Positions 30,236 to 42,743 of a stretch of DNA of 64,000 nucleotides are shown in pieces. This DNA is from Candidatus Eremiobacteria bacterium (GTDB lineage Bacteria > Vulcanimicrobiota > Vulcanimicrobiia > Vulcanimicrobiales > Vulcanimicrobiaceae), in contig CAVTRC010000001.1 of assembly GCA_963737065.1 (NCBI GenBank), positions 1,504,001 through 1,568,000 of the forward strand, read 5' to 3'. Made by a program: the position numbers and the translations under genes. The notes under the pieces were generated by a model. That model did no database searches, had not been told where the DNA came from, and saw nothing but the letters and a program-made list of their open reading frames with translations. Within the stretch, counting starts at the first letter, position 1; every line of letters starts with the position of its first letter.

Positions 30236-30971
30236 TTGAGCGTTTCGCGGCGTCTGCCGCGCGCCATCGTCGTTGCAGTGGTCGTCGTCGTGCTCGCACT
30301 GCTCGGCGTGGTGCAATGCGCGTCGGCGTCGTTCGTCGCCGAGCCGCATACGCTTCTCCGCGTTGATTCCGCGATCGTTCGGACTCGCGGTGTATGGCGC
30401 GCTCGATCGCATCGCGCCGGCTGCGTACGTTGAAGAGACGCTTGCGCAAAACGATCTTTCGCGCGGCGACCTCGACGGCGCGGAGCACTATGCGGTACGT
30501 TTGCCGGCCGGTCCGCGTCGCGACGATCTGCTGGGACGCATAGCCGCCGCGCGCGGCCAGGCGAAGCTTGCGCGCGAATATTATTTTGCCGCACCGGATT
30601 TCGACCGGATGCAAAGCGCGATTGCAGAGCTCGCGAAAAGCGATCCGGCCGGTGCGTACGAGCTCGAAATGCGGTTCGGTGCGCGCCTTGCGTCGCTGCG
30701 AACGCATCCTGATGCGCTCGCCGAATCGTACTTTATTGCGGGACAGTTAGCCGATGCGATGTCGCGCCGTGGCCTATCGTTGCACGATTACGAAGCGGCG
30801 CTCGCGCTCGCGCCGTTCGATATGAAGTATCTCTTGAACGCAGCGAACGAAGCGATCGCGCTCGGTGCGTACGACAAGGCCGGCCGGTATTTCGTTCGTT
30901 GTCTCAATATCGATCCGGTGAGCCGCGACTGTCTGCGTGGACGGGAGAAATTGCGCACGAGGCCGCGATGA
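30236..30971 (+). CDS. Membrane-anchored TPR-like protein (frameshift near 30350)
   Basis: TM segment in ORF 30236; TPR-like helices (YEAALALAP, CLNIDP) in ORF 30273. Confidence 0.6.
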
Positions 30972-31994
30972 AGGTCGGGATCGATGCGCAGCTGATGGTC
31001 GGCACGGCGACGGGCATCGGTGAATACGTCCGCGGATTGATCGCCGCGTTGCGCGATGCGGGCGCGGCCGTCGTCGAACTCTCGGAGCCGAAACTCGATC
31101 CGTGGCGCTTCGACCGGCGCGTGATATGGGATCAGGTTTTGCTGCCGCAGCGCGCGCGCGCGGAGGCGGTCGACGTGCTGCATTGCGCGTCGGGAACGAT
31201 TCCGCTTACCGCCGCGATGCCGGTCGTTGCGACGGTGCACGATGTTGCATGGCTACGCGTGCAATCGCACGCGCGTCCGTACGCGCGATATTACTTCGGA
31301 AAGTTTTCCGTCGACCGCTATCGCCGCGCGCAAGCCATTGCCGTCGATTCGGAGTTCTCGCGCCGCGAACTGCTCGACGTCGTCCCCGGCATTGATCCCG
31401 AGCGAGTGCGCGTCGTGTACCCCGGCGTCGCGCAAGATTATTGCACGCTCGAACGCCGGCGCGGCGACGGACGGACGATTCTCGTCGTCGGCACCGTTGA
31501 ACGGCGTAAGAACTTGCAGTTCCTCATCGAGGCGTTGCCCGAACTTCCCAGTGCGCGGATCGTTTCGGTCGGTCCACCGACGACGTATCGAGATGAATGC
31601 GCGGCGCGCGCGGCCGAATTACGCGTGGGCGATCGGGTGGAATTTCGCGGGTACGTTGCGCGTGAAGAGTTGTTGAAATTATACGCCACGTGCGCGGTCG
31701 TCGCGATGCCGTCGCGATACGAAGGGTTCGGCTACGGCGCGGCGCAAGCGCTTTGCGCGGGAACGCCCGTCATCGCCGCCGATCGAGCGTCGCTTCCGGA
31801 AATCGTCGACGGCGATGCGCTCGTGCTGCCGCTCGATGACCTCGCCGCGTGGATCGACGCCTTGCGTTCGGCACTCGCCGGTGATGCAGACGAACGGGCG
31901 CGTGAAGTGCGTCCGCGGGCGCGTCGCGCGCTTCGCGTGGCCGAAGAGCGCGGGTAATATGATCGCCGTATACGAAATGGCGGCTGCATCATGA
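30968..31994 (+). CDS. Glycosyltransferase, GT-B family 4-like (frameshift near 3' end)
   Basis: TGIGEY, TVHD, GTVERRKN, PSRYEGFG, SLPEI. Confidence 0.9.
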
Positions 31995-32988
31995 TCGATC
32001 GTGCGCGCGCGCTTCTCGACTCGTCGCTCGTCTGGAACAACCACACCTGTCTTCCGCTTCGGCCCGACGCCTATGACGTTTTTCGAACAGATCGAACGCG
32101 AACGCACAGCCGGCATCGACGTTACGAGCATTAACGTCGGATTCGGGCCGCAGTCACTCGAGAGTCACGTCCGCGTGCTCGCCGGAATGCGCGACTGGTT
32201 CGCTCAGCGTAGCGATCGTTACGTCGTCGTCGATTGCGTTGCGGACATCGACGCCGCGCGCAACGCCGGAAAGCTCGCCGTGCATTTCGACGTCGAAGGA
32301 ATGGCGATTCTCGACGACGGCAATCCGGGCATCGTTGCGATGTTACGCGATCTCGGCGTTCGTTGGATCTCGATCGCGTACAATCGCAACAACGCGATCG
32401 GCGGCGGGTGCTACGATGACGATCCGGGATTGACGGCGTACGGGCGCAGCGTGCTGCGCGAGGTGCGTCGCGCCGGGATGCTCATCTGCTGTTCGCATAC
32501 CGGTCATCGCACCGCGCGTGCGGTGCTCGATGAGGCGGATGGGCCGGTGATTTTCTCGCACTCCAACTGCAGCGCCGTCTATCCGCATCCGCGCAACATC
32601 GCCGACGATTTGCTGCGTGCGTGCGCGCAAACCGGGGGCGTCGTCGGCATCAACGGAATCGGCCCGTTTCTCGACGCCGGCGACGACGGGCTCGTCGAGG
32701 CGTTCGTGCGTCACGTGGACCACGCGGTGCAGGTTGCAGGACCCAATCACGTCGGCATCGCGCTCGACTTTTGCTACGACCAGGCGGAGCTCGCGAAGTA
32801 CATCCGCACGATGCGCGAGACGTTTCCCGACGATGCGACCTTCTCGCGCGCGCCGAACATGATCGCGCCGGAAGCGCTCATCGACATCGTCACCGGCCTG
32901 TGCGGTCTCGGATACGATGACGAGACGATTCGCAAGATCCTCGGCGGAAATTGGCGCCGCGTTCGCGGAGACCGCCTGGGTTTTATAG
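31991..32988 (+). CDS. Membrane dipeptidase, peptidase M19 family (frameshifted)
   Basis: WNNHTC, SHTG, FSHSN, HPRNI, GGVVGI, HVGIALD, ILGGNW. Confidence 0.88.
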
Positions 32989-33053
32989 GCGCCGCTGCGA
33001 CGCTCAGGGCGCTCGCGCGTGTTTCTTTGTCATGCGGCGGGTAACGAACGCCT

Positions 33054-36000
33054 ATGGCGGCACGCTCAACACCCGGCCCGGCGACCCACTGGCGACGGGT
33101 CGTGTTCGTGCTTGCCTGTATTGCCGCTGTCATCGTTGTCGTGTGCGCGTTGGCCCTCTCGAAGGCCGGAATCGAAACACTCGCCAGTATGGCGACCGGC
33201 ACGAAGGTGTCGATCGGCGGCAATGCACGCGTCACGCCGACGCATGCGTCGCTCGACGACGTCACCATCAAAGCCAAGACCGGCGAGCCGCTCTTGCATG
33301 TTGCGCATGTCGATGCGCAATACAGCCTGCGCGATTTACTGCCCGGCGGAAAACGGCTTTTCGGATTGCGCGGATTCAATGTCGTCGGTCCGCAGTTGAC
33401 GCTGATTCGGCACAAAGACGGCACGTGGAACTATTCGCTGCCGCCTGCGAAGAAGAACGGCGCGCCCGGGCCGCCGATGGATTTCGACGGCCGCTTGAGC
33501 AACGGCAGCGTCACGGTCATCGATCAGAGTCAAGGCGTTCCGGCCGCGCGCGAATTGCACGTCAACGGCCTGAACGCCGACTTGCACATGCATCCGTCGC
33601 GTTCGCAGTATCGCATTGCGGCGAATTACATCGAAAGCGGACGCGCGTACACGATCGGCGGCAGCGGCGACATTAACCCGTCCGCCGGTTATAGCGTGCA
33701 GCACATCCACGTGCCGCCCATGCCCATCGCGCGGCTCGTGGATTTCGGTTTGAACAATCCGAGCATGCATCTCGCGAGCGGAGCCATCAGCGGTTCGGAC
33801 GTACGCATCCTCGGCTTGCCGGACGGAAACGGCGGATTGCAGCAGCATATTACCGCGACGACGATGCTGCGCGACGTGCGTGTCGCCGTCGGCGGCCTTT
33901 CGAAGCCGATTCGCGACGTGCACGGCCGCCTCGACGTCTACGATAACGGCGCGACGTTCGACGGCGTCGACGGCACGCTCGCAAGCGTCCCGTTCGATCT
34001 GCGCGGCGGCGTGTACGATTTGACGAAGCCGCATTTCCGCTTCGCGCTGCAGATGCACGGCGACGTCGCGAAACTGCGTACGGCGGTCACGCAAGCAGCG
34101 CACCTGCCCGCGCGCGGCAACATCGACCTCGCGATTCTTCTGGAAGGCGCCGCATCGAATCCGCTCGCGATGATCGCGGTCGACGGCAAACGCATCGATT
34201 ACGCCGGCCAGCGCATCGACGGCGCGCACGGATTGGTCGCATTCAATCAGGCCGAAGTGGATCTGCTCGACGTGCACGCGCGTTGGCACGGCGCGCAAGC
34301 GGGCGCGCAAGGACGCGTCGCGCTCACGAAGCGTCCGAACGGCGTCGAAGTCATCGCGGGCGCGCAAGCACCGTCATCGGCGCTTGCCGTACGTTCCGAT
34401 GATTCTGCCCGGCATGCCGCTCAACGGCATGATGCTCGCAAGCGCCGACGATCCGAAGCACGTACAAACGCGCGGCGTCGTCCACGGTGTTTCCGGTTCG
34501 CAACGGTTAGCGGGCGCGTTTAGCGTGACGAGCGACGGCGTCGGCACCGTCGGACCGTTGATCGTCGACGGCGCGAACGGGACGCTGTACGGCCAACTCG
34601 CGCTCGATCATCCGCACGGGCACCACGTCGGGTTCCTCGACGCGCGTAATTTCCGTGTCGCGGCGCGCGGCATGCGTAACGCCGTAATTCTCAACGGCGA
34701 CGTGCTCGGCACCGCAAGCAACACGCGCGTGACCGCGATGACCGCGAAGGCGCGCGTACACGGTTCGCTCGATGCGCTCGACGCGTTCATGCCGGGCGCC
34801 GGCGTGCACGGCACGCTCGATGCGCCGGTGCTCGCCGTTTCCGACGGGCAGAACATCATCGCGCAAGTGGACGGCGCGCAGTTCCATCACGCGTCGGTAC
34901 GCGGCGTCACGCTGCAAGGCGTGAATGCAACGGTCGCCTCGGATCTCGGCGGACACGTCCGCGTGCTCGCAGCCAACGCGCGCGTCAGCGGCCGCGACAT
35001 CATCGCGAATGGAACGCTCAGCACGCGCGGCACCAACATGGCAATTTCCGCCGGACGCGTGCCGCTGATGCATGGCGCGGTGAGCGCCGCCGCATTGGTG
35101 AGCGGAACCGCGCAAGCGCCGGTCGTGACGGCAGCGGCCGTTGCGAACGGCGTGAAGTATGCGAACTACGGTATCGGCGGCCTGGCGTCGCTGAACTACA
35201 ACGGATCGACGCTCAATATTCGCGACACCGCGGTTGACGCCGGTCCCGCGCTCGTCGCGCTCGACGGAACGGTGGCGCATCCCGGAACGTCGTCGCAGTC
35301 ATACGATATCGCGGCACGGACGAGCGCCGCGCACGTGCAGCAGCAGCTCGTCGACGTGTACGTTGATGCCGACGTGCATGCACGCGGCACCGGGATGACG
35401 CCGCACATCAGCGGGCTCGTCGACGTGCCGACCGGCAGCGTCAACGGTCAAGCGTTCCGCGATCTGCACGCGACGCTCAACGGTACGCCGAACGCGCTCG
35501 CCGTCTCGAACGGCGGCGTCCTGGTCAACACGACGAACGTCGCGTTCAACGGCGTGGCCGATGCGATGCGTCGCGGCGGTACGATTTCCGTGCGCGCGCC
35601 GCACGCCGATCTCTCCGACTTCAACGATCTCTTCGATACCGGCGAAACGCTCGGCGGAACCGGCAGCGTCGCGATGACCGCATCGTATGCGCCCGGCGCG
35701 CCGATCGTCACGAGCGGCAACGTGAATCTCGCGGATGTGCGCTACCGCCGCTTCGACATCGGAAACGCCGTCGCGAATTGGCACTCTTCGCACGGCACTC
35801 GTGAACTTCGTCGCGTCGGCCGGCGGCGCAAACGGCACGATTCACGCGAACGGCACGCGAATCCGTCGACGTACGCGGTCGTGGCAAACGCAAACGTCAG
35901 CCGCCTGAACTTGCAGACGTGGCTGCCGATGATCGGCATGACGATGCCGGTTATGGGGCGCGTCGACGCCAACGCAAGCGTCGCCGGACGGTTCCCGGAC

Positions 36001-37886
36001 ATGAACGCGCGGTTGAACGCGCGCGTGCTGCAAGGCATGGCGTGGGGCATTCCGGTGCAAGAAGCGACCGTTGCATTGCACACGGCCGGCGGCCGCGGCA
36101 CGCTCGACCGCGCAACGTTGCGCATTCCGAACGCCGTTGCGGATGCATCCGGAACGTTTGGATTGCATCCGCGCGATCGACTCGCGCTCGTCGCGCACGC
36201 GAGTACGCCGAACATCGGTGCGGTCGCGCGTGAAGCCGGCATGAAGATGCCGTCGCTCGCAGGACGCGTTCAGACGGCGGCAACCGTGCGCGGCACGCGC
36301 GCGAATCCGCAACTCGCCGACACGACGACGGTCGATGAACTGAAGTATGAGAAACTCACCGTTCCGCATGCGAGCGCGCAAGTCGCGGCAACGATGCGGC
36401 GCGTGACGCTTGCAGCGCGGCGAAATCGATCTCGCACCGGGCCGGCTGCTCTTCGCCGGAAGTGCACCGTTCCGCTGCGCGATGCACCGTTCGATGCCTC
36501 GGTCGTCGCGGACAACGTGGAACTGGGACAATTCGCCTCGCTCTTGCCGCAGGGAACGAAGCTCACCGGGCGCATCGACGGCCGCGTGACCGCGAACGGG
36601 CGCACCGACAATCCGCAGTTCGGCGGATTGATGACGCTCGCGAACGCGTCGTACTCTTCGCCGCTGGAAAAGTGCCGATTACCGGCATCGGTTCGCAGCT
36701 CGCGTTCCACGGTACGCGCGTCGACCTGCAGAACACGCGAGCAAATGTCGGCGGCGGCACGTTGACGCGCATCGGGCAACGCATCGGTTCCGACGATCCG
36801 TGACATCGGCGCGATCGCATTCAACCTGCGCGCGGATGCGAACGCACGTGCGTATCGATTCGCCGCAATACTATAAAGGCTTGATCGACGGCACGGTCAC
36901 CGCGACGCGCGCGCCGCGCGGGCTCATCAACATCGGCGGCAGCGTCGCGGTTTCGTCCGCGCGCATTCCGCTGACCGCGCTCTTCAATCCGTCGTCATCG
37001 AAGGCGCCGTCGGGTCCGGCGCTGCCGATCGGATTCGATAATTTGCGCGCTCGTCGTTGGACGTGACGTGCGCGTACAGAGCCCAAACGTCGATGTCGGC
37101 GGTGAAGGCGGCATCACGCTCGCCGGTACGCTCGCATCGCCGCGCGTGCGAGGCAGCGTCGTATCGACCGGCGGAACCGTCAGTTTCTATCGTGACTTCA
37201 CCGTGAATCATGCGACGGTCGCGTTCGATGGCAGCGGCGTCATTCCGGACATCAATGCGGTCGCGACGACGTACATTACGAATCCCGATACGTACATCCG
37301 CATTCACGTGACCGGGCCCGGCGACCGACATGAACCTCGCGCTCGCATCCGATCCGCCCTACGACCGTACGCAGATCCTCGGACTGCTTGCGGGCGTACA
37401 GCAATTCGGCGCGGTACAAGGGGTTGCCACCACGTCCGGCGGCACGAAGGAGAATGCATTCACATCGATGGCGGCCGGTCAGCTCAATACGGTCTTTACG
37501 CGCAACCTGCTCGAACCGCTCTCGACCGCGCTCGGCGGCGCGTTCGGCTTCAATGACGTGCAATTGAGCAATTCGCTCACCGGCGGCTTCGGTGCGAGCG
37601 TCACGAAAGGGCTCGGCAAACATTTCAATGCGATTTTCGCCGAGAATTTTGGTCAGCCACGTCGCCAAAGTTTGACACTCGAGACGGTGTCGCACAAAGC
37701 GATCTCGCTGCGCGGTACGTTTTATTCGCAAGATCAGGCGACGGTGTTCGGTACGAACCCGCGCCGCAATCGACCGTCGGCATGAACGCGTTCGGCGGCA
37801 ATCTGTTGTCGATCCAACCGATGAGCGGTACGAGCGGTTTCGATCTCAACCTCGCGAGGAAGTTCCCATGCGCTGGCTGTCCGTAA
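33054..37886 (+). CDS. tamB: Second TamB/AsmA-like protein (several frameshifts)
   Basis: Shares YSLRDLLPG, LIRHKDG, APHADL.DFN..DTG.TL motifs with tamB at 7391; DUF490-like C-terminus. Confidence 0.8.
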
Positions 37887-39113
37887 TCGCGATCGCGTTC
37901 ATTGCGGGTTGCGCGGCATCGGCGCAGCCGGCGCCGCACAACGCGACGCACGGCCTGGCGTACGTCGACGTGCGCCGCATCGAGGCGATGCCGCAATGCG
38001 CGGATTTTACGCGGCGTACGATCGCGAAGCCGCTTCGCTCAAAGCGACGCAACACATTCCGCAGTTGACCGACACGCGGCCGATCGCGCAACGGCAAGCG
38101 CAGGTCGTGCAGAACGGTGCGCGTGAAGCGAACGCGGCGCTGAGCGCGTTGCGCTCGCGCGTGTCGCAGTACGCACCGCGCGAAGACGCGATGCTCTCGT
38201 CGAACGTTCGCTCGCAGATGATCAGCAACTACGCGCGCGAAGCGTCGGCAGTTCGCTCGAAAGTCGGCACGTCGGCGAACGTCTATCGCAGCGAATTGAA
38301 CCGCGAAGCGAATGCCTCGCTCGCGCAATATCGTGCGTCGCTCGATTCCCGCGTGAACAGCGCGTATGCGGCGCGCGCGCAGCAGCTGCGCGAAAAAGAA
38401 TCCGACCTCGAAATCAAACTGATGCGCGCCGATGCGGCGCAGGATATGCTGCTGCGCGTGAAGCTGCAGAATTTGAAGGCGCCGCAAGTCAACCGCGCCG
38501 CGCTACGCGCGCGACTGAACGCGCTCGAAGCGCCGCGAGAATCGCGCGGTCAACGCGCTTCGCGCGAAGGATGCGCGGACGCTCGCTGCGTACCGCGCGC
38601 AACTCGTCGCGTGCTGCCACGCGCGACTACGCAAACACGGCGCAGCAACTGCAGGCGAAAGCGCAAGCGAATTGGCAGTTGCGCCAGCGCGTGACGCAAG
38701 CGCAGCTGCAGATGCCGCAGCAGCTGGCGATCGGTGTCGGAAGTGCGAACGGTTCGTTCGGCGATCGCCTCGTCGCCACGGCGAACGACTTGCGCGACTA
38801 CGTGCGCACGCGGTTCAACAACGATGCGTCGACGACGGGTACGGCGTTTACGAGCGCGGCGTCGGATATCGCGCAACGCTTCACGACCATCGCGGCGTTG
38901 GATACCGACGCGCGCGGTTCGGCATCGAATGAAATTATCGCCTTGCGTCGCTATCGCGGGGCGCTTACCGATCAAGTCGATCGCGAAGCCCGCACGGTGG
39001 CGCAGCGCATCGCCGCCCAACGCGGACTGGCGTTGACCGATTCACCGGCGCCCGGTGCGGTCGATCTGACGCCCGAGGTGATGCGTCAACTGAGCACGAT
39101 TTTCGGGCACTAA
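37868..39113 (+). CDS. Long Skp-like lipoprotein, paralogue of 15829-17178 (frameshifted)
   Basis: IAGC lipobox, GLAYVD, ARAQQLREKESDL, GAVDLT. Confidence 0.68.
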
Positions 39114-39121
39114 CCCGCTAT

Positions 39122-41196
39122 GTGCGGGAGGGCGAACGCGGGTTCACGCTCGTAGAGATGGTAATCGCGGTGGCAATCGCCGCGATTCTTCTTGTCGCGG
39201 GCGGCGCATGGATGATGTCGATGCGCCCCGGCGCACTGCGCGGCGCCGTCAACGATTTCGACAGCGCGCTCGCGGTCGCGCGCCAACTCGCTGCAACAAG
39301 CGGGAACGGCGCAACGCTCGCCTTTCTTCCTCGAACGGACGGCGCGCAAGGCTTCATGCTACGCGTGTATTCCGGCCGGCCGAATGTTGCAAATGCGGTC
39401 ACCGCAACAAACACGATGATCGTCTCGAGCAATGCAACGGTCAGCGACGCTACATATGGTTCGCCGCCGTTTGCGATCTTTTTGAGCAGCGCCGGGTATC
39501 CGACCGGGAAAGCATCGTATCCGGCGATCGATCGATCGGGAAACATTACGTTTCCCGTTGTCGCAACGCAGCCGCCATGTCCGTCGGGCGGCATCGCGCT
39601 TACGTTTACGTCGCCGCAGGGCGCGACGCAAACGCGGTCGTTGCAATGCAACGTGGTCGTCACCGGTGTCGCGGCTGCCAATCCGTCTCCGACGCCGAAC
39701 CCGCCGCACATCGTGCCGCAATTCATGCTCGCCCATTGGACCGGCGATGCGAATCCGCTGCAATTCAAGGTTGCCGAGATGGGCTACGCTCATTGGTTTG
39801 CGTCGTCCACCGGGACCGATTGCCAAACGCAAGGTTCCGATAACGGAAACGCGCCCGCAGCCTTTCCATCCGGTTGGCCGTATTCGTCGCCGTTGACGCC
39901 GGGTGAAACATCGCTCGCGCCGTCTGCGCCTGCGGCGCCGTATTCCTGGCCGAACGGCGATGTCGACGATCCCGTCGCCGCATTTCACATGCAGCCCTCA
40001 GTCGGCGGAACGTGCGCCGTTCGCATCGTCGACGACTACAATCAAGAAGTCGACGCGCAAGTGCAAGTCATGGGAAATCTCACTTCGAGCACGCCGTCGC
40101 TGTCGTTCAGTGCTCCAACCGCGCCCGCGCAAACGATCACGTTAACGAAGACGTGGGACAGCGAACCGCTTCAACTCCAAGCCGGCGGCGGTTGCGGCGG
40201 AGTGATTAGTGTCTCGAAGGGAACGGTAAAGACTCCCGCGTCGCCCGGTACGACGCCGGCGACGGCGCAACTTATCGTCGCGCCGTCATCGGCCGGCTCA
40301 TGCACGCTGATCGTCGGCGATCAATACGGCGAACCCACGATTAGCATCCCGATCAACGTCAAGAATCCCACGGGACCGCTGAACACGCTCGGCGCGATCG
40401 AATTCGGGAACCAAACCCTCGCGTACGAACCGATGGACGTGCGCGTCGCCGAAATTATTGAACAAGATGCTTGTCGGCGGCAACGCGATCGCCGATGCGT
40501 CGATGTGCACGAGTTATCCGTATGCGCGGCTTGTGGCTGCAAGGCGGCAACTGTCGACGCAAATTCTGCCGACGGCTTCAATACGACGGACGCAACCGGC
40601 TGTATGAGCAACGGACAGCTGCCAAAACTATGGGCGACAGAAGAGCGGCTACAGCGGACAATTCGACTGCGGTCTTTAACGCGTGCCAGAATTATGCCTC
40701 GATCAGTGCATCGAACTGGAGTGTCAGCAAGCTACGCGACGATCACGCCGGTTGCGCCTACGACTGGCTGCGTTTTTCCCGTTGAGTCGACGGATAAGAC
40801 AGTCGCGAACGGTGGCAGCAAGAACGTTACGCTCGTTGTCGATCGCTGATTGTACGAATCTCAGCGGTCAAGCGACATCCCGCGATCCGGTAAAGATGGC
40901 TGTGGGACAGACGTGCACGATTCCGATCACATCGGTCGAGAACGATAGTCCTTGGTGCGACAATGGCGGTGGCGGCGAGCTCGACGGTTACACCGGCCTC
41001 TATCAAACGATAATCAAAGGTTCCGGCGGGGGTGGTACCGTTTCGGGGGGCGACGGCTCTCTGACAGTTAACAGCGACTCGTGCGGGTTTGCTTTGGGTG
41101 CAGGTCCAATGGCAGTATCAAACTTACACAGGCCACTGTCAACCGAATCTGCGGTATCAAGATGAGGGCGACTACTATTTCGAAATTGATTCGTAG
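39122..41196 (+). CDS. Large prepilin-type N-methylation domain protein with Cys-containing Ig-like repeats (3' part frameshifted)
   Basis: RG/FTLVEMVIAVAIAAILL class III signal; repeated C.V.I.D.Y units; end coordinate reconstructed. Confidence 0.72.
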
Positions 41197-41357
41197 AAAA
41201 TAATTAAAACGGAGCGCGACTTTTACCGGTGCGTTCCGTATCGTTTATCGTGTTTTTGGTTATGCCCAGGATGCCAGGCGTCTGCGCTGGGTATGGCCTC
41301 GAGCGACGATCAACCATTTCTTTCACGGCGCGTTGCGTGTTGTTACCGTGCTTTTGC

Positions 41358-42221
41358 TCATGGCCAGGGATGCGACGGCGACGGCGATGGATACGGCGTG
41401 GCCCGCGGATCGACCATCCCTTCGGACGTTGCTACATTGTGCGCTCCACCGTTGTCGCCATCGAAGTACGCCGTCTGCGCGTACGACATCCACCAACCGA
41501 GAACAAAGCCGCTATTGATCATGTCCGAACAGTCCTGGCCATTGCCATCGCCTGAATTGTAGTTCGTCAGTACGTTCGGGTCTTGAGGAAAGCTGTTCGT
41601 CGTAGTTGCAACCGACCAATAGCCACGATGATCTTCCGTAAGCCATTCATCTGAAACGACAGTCGATAGGCCGTGGGATTGGCGCGTACTGTTTTCCAAA
41701 GCGAGACATGCTTGTTCGGCGGACGTTAACGTTGTCAAACGAAACTTGCCGGAATACTCAATCGGATTCGCGGTTGCTCCGGGCGCGGGGCCGATCTTCG
41801 GCGCGGTCAGTGAATTCGCGCCGGGCGTCAACGTCACCATGTCGTGAATCGTCGGACGATTACTCGCGTCGGGATACGTGTCGTTTCCGATCACGAGTAA
41901 ATACGTGCCCGGCGCATGCGTGCACCGTGAACGAACCGTCCGCTGCCGTCGTGCCTTGCGGATTCGGTGTTGCGCCGGCGGTGTTTGGCTGCGAGACCAA
42001 CCTAAGATTCCCGCGAGTGCAGTGCCCGTTTCGTGGTCGACGAGTACACCCGACGCCGTCGCGGTCGCCGGCGTGGTGCTTGCCGTCGGAAACACGATCG
42101 GCGTTGATGTCGTCGACGGCGTGGTACCGCCGCCACCGCCGCCGCCGCATGCGACCAGTGCCGCACATAATACAATTCCGGCCGCGATATAACGCGGCGA
42201 CTCCATACGCCCGAAATGCAA
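41358..42221 (-). CDS. Lipoprotein with carboxypeptidase-regulatory-like and CAP-like domains (local frameshift likely)
   Basis: LVAC lipobox, G/T/P linker, SGVLVD.ETG, EQACLALENSTRQSHGL. Confidence 0.6.
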   Translation of the reverse strand: MHFGRMESPRYIAAGIVLCAALVACGGGGGGGTTPSTTSTPIVFPTASTTPATATASGVLVDHETGTALAGILGWSRSQTPPAQHRIRKARRQRTVRSRCTHAPGTYLLVIGNDTYPDASNRPTIHDMVTLTPGANSLTAPKIGPAPGATANPIEYSGKFRLTTLTSAEQACLALENSTRQSHGLSTVVSDEWLTEDHRGYWSVATTTNSFPQDPNVLTNYNSGDGNGQDCSDMINSGFVLGWWMSYAQTAYFDGDNGGAHNVATSEGMVDPRATPYPSPSPSHPWP

Positions 42222-42287
42222 AGTTCGTTCTCCTTAACGCGCCCGTCTCGTTTGCTCGCACAGCGAAAGGAAACCTGGCGAAAGAGT

Positions 42288-42743
42288 TTATTCCGCGTTA
42301 GCGCGCTTTAAAATATCGGTAAAGTGCTGCTCGGCCTGCGGATATAGACGCCGGTCCTCCTCGTTCATGCGCGCCTCCAGCGCCTCGCGTACGGTTGTCC
42401 ACTGCTCGAAAAACGCGGCGCGATCGCGATCGATCGATGCAGCATCGGGCCATCGCGCTTCCAGGTCGGCAAACGCGCGCATCACACCGCCCATCTCGAT
42501 GCGAAACTCGCGCGCGGTTGCGCGCACGATTTCGTCGGATGCGCGCGAGAGTGACGGGTAGAGCTGATCGTCTTCTAAGCGCAAATGCCGAACGAGAATC
42601 ACCTTCAATCGTTCGCGCAACAGCATCATCTCTTCGCCGGTGAACGGTTCACACGTCGGAAATTCGCTCAGCATATGACGCAAGACCGTGTGCTGCTGCC
42701 GGCACGTATGGAGCTCGATCCGCCGGTTCAGTGCGTCGCCCAC
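42288..42743 (-). CDS. Hemerythrin-like domain protein
   Basis: QH, HLRLEDDQLYP, RMNEEDRRLYP. Confidence 0.8.
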   Translation of the reverse strand: MGDALNRRIELHTCRQQHTVLRHMLSEFPTCEPFTGEEMMLLRERLKVILVRHLRLEDDQLYPSLSRASDEIVRATAREFRIEMGGVMRAFADLEARWPDAASIDRDRAAFFEQWTTVREALEARMNEEDRRLYPQAEQHFTDILKRANAE

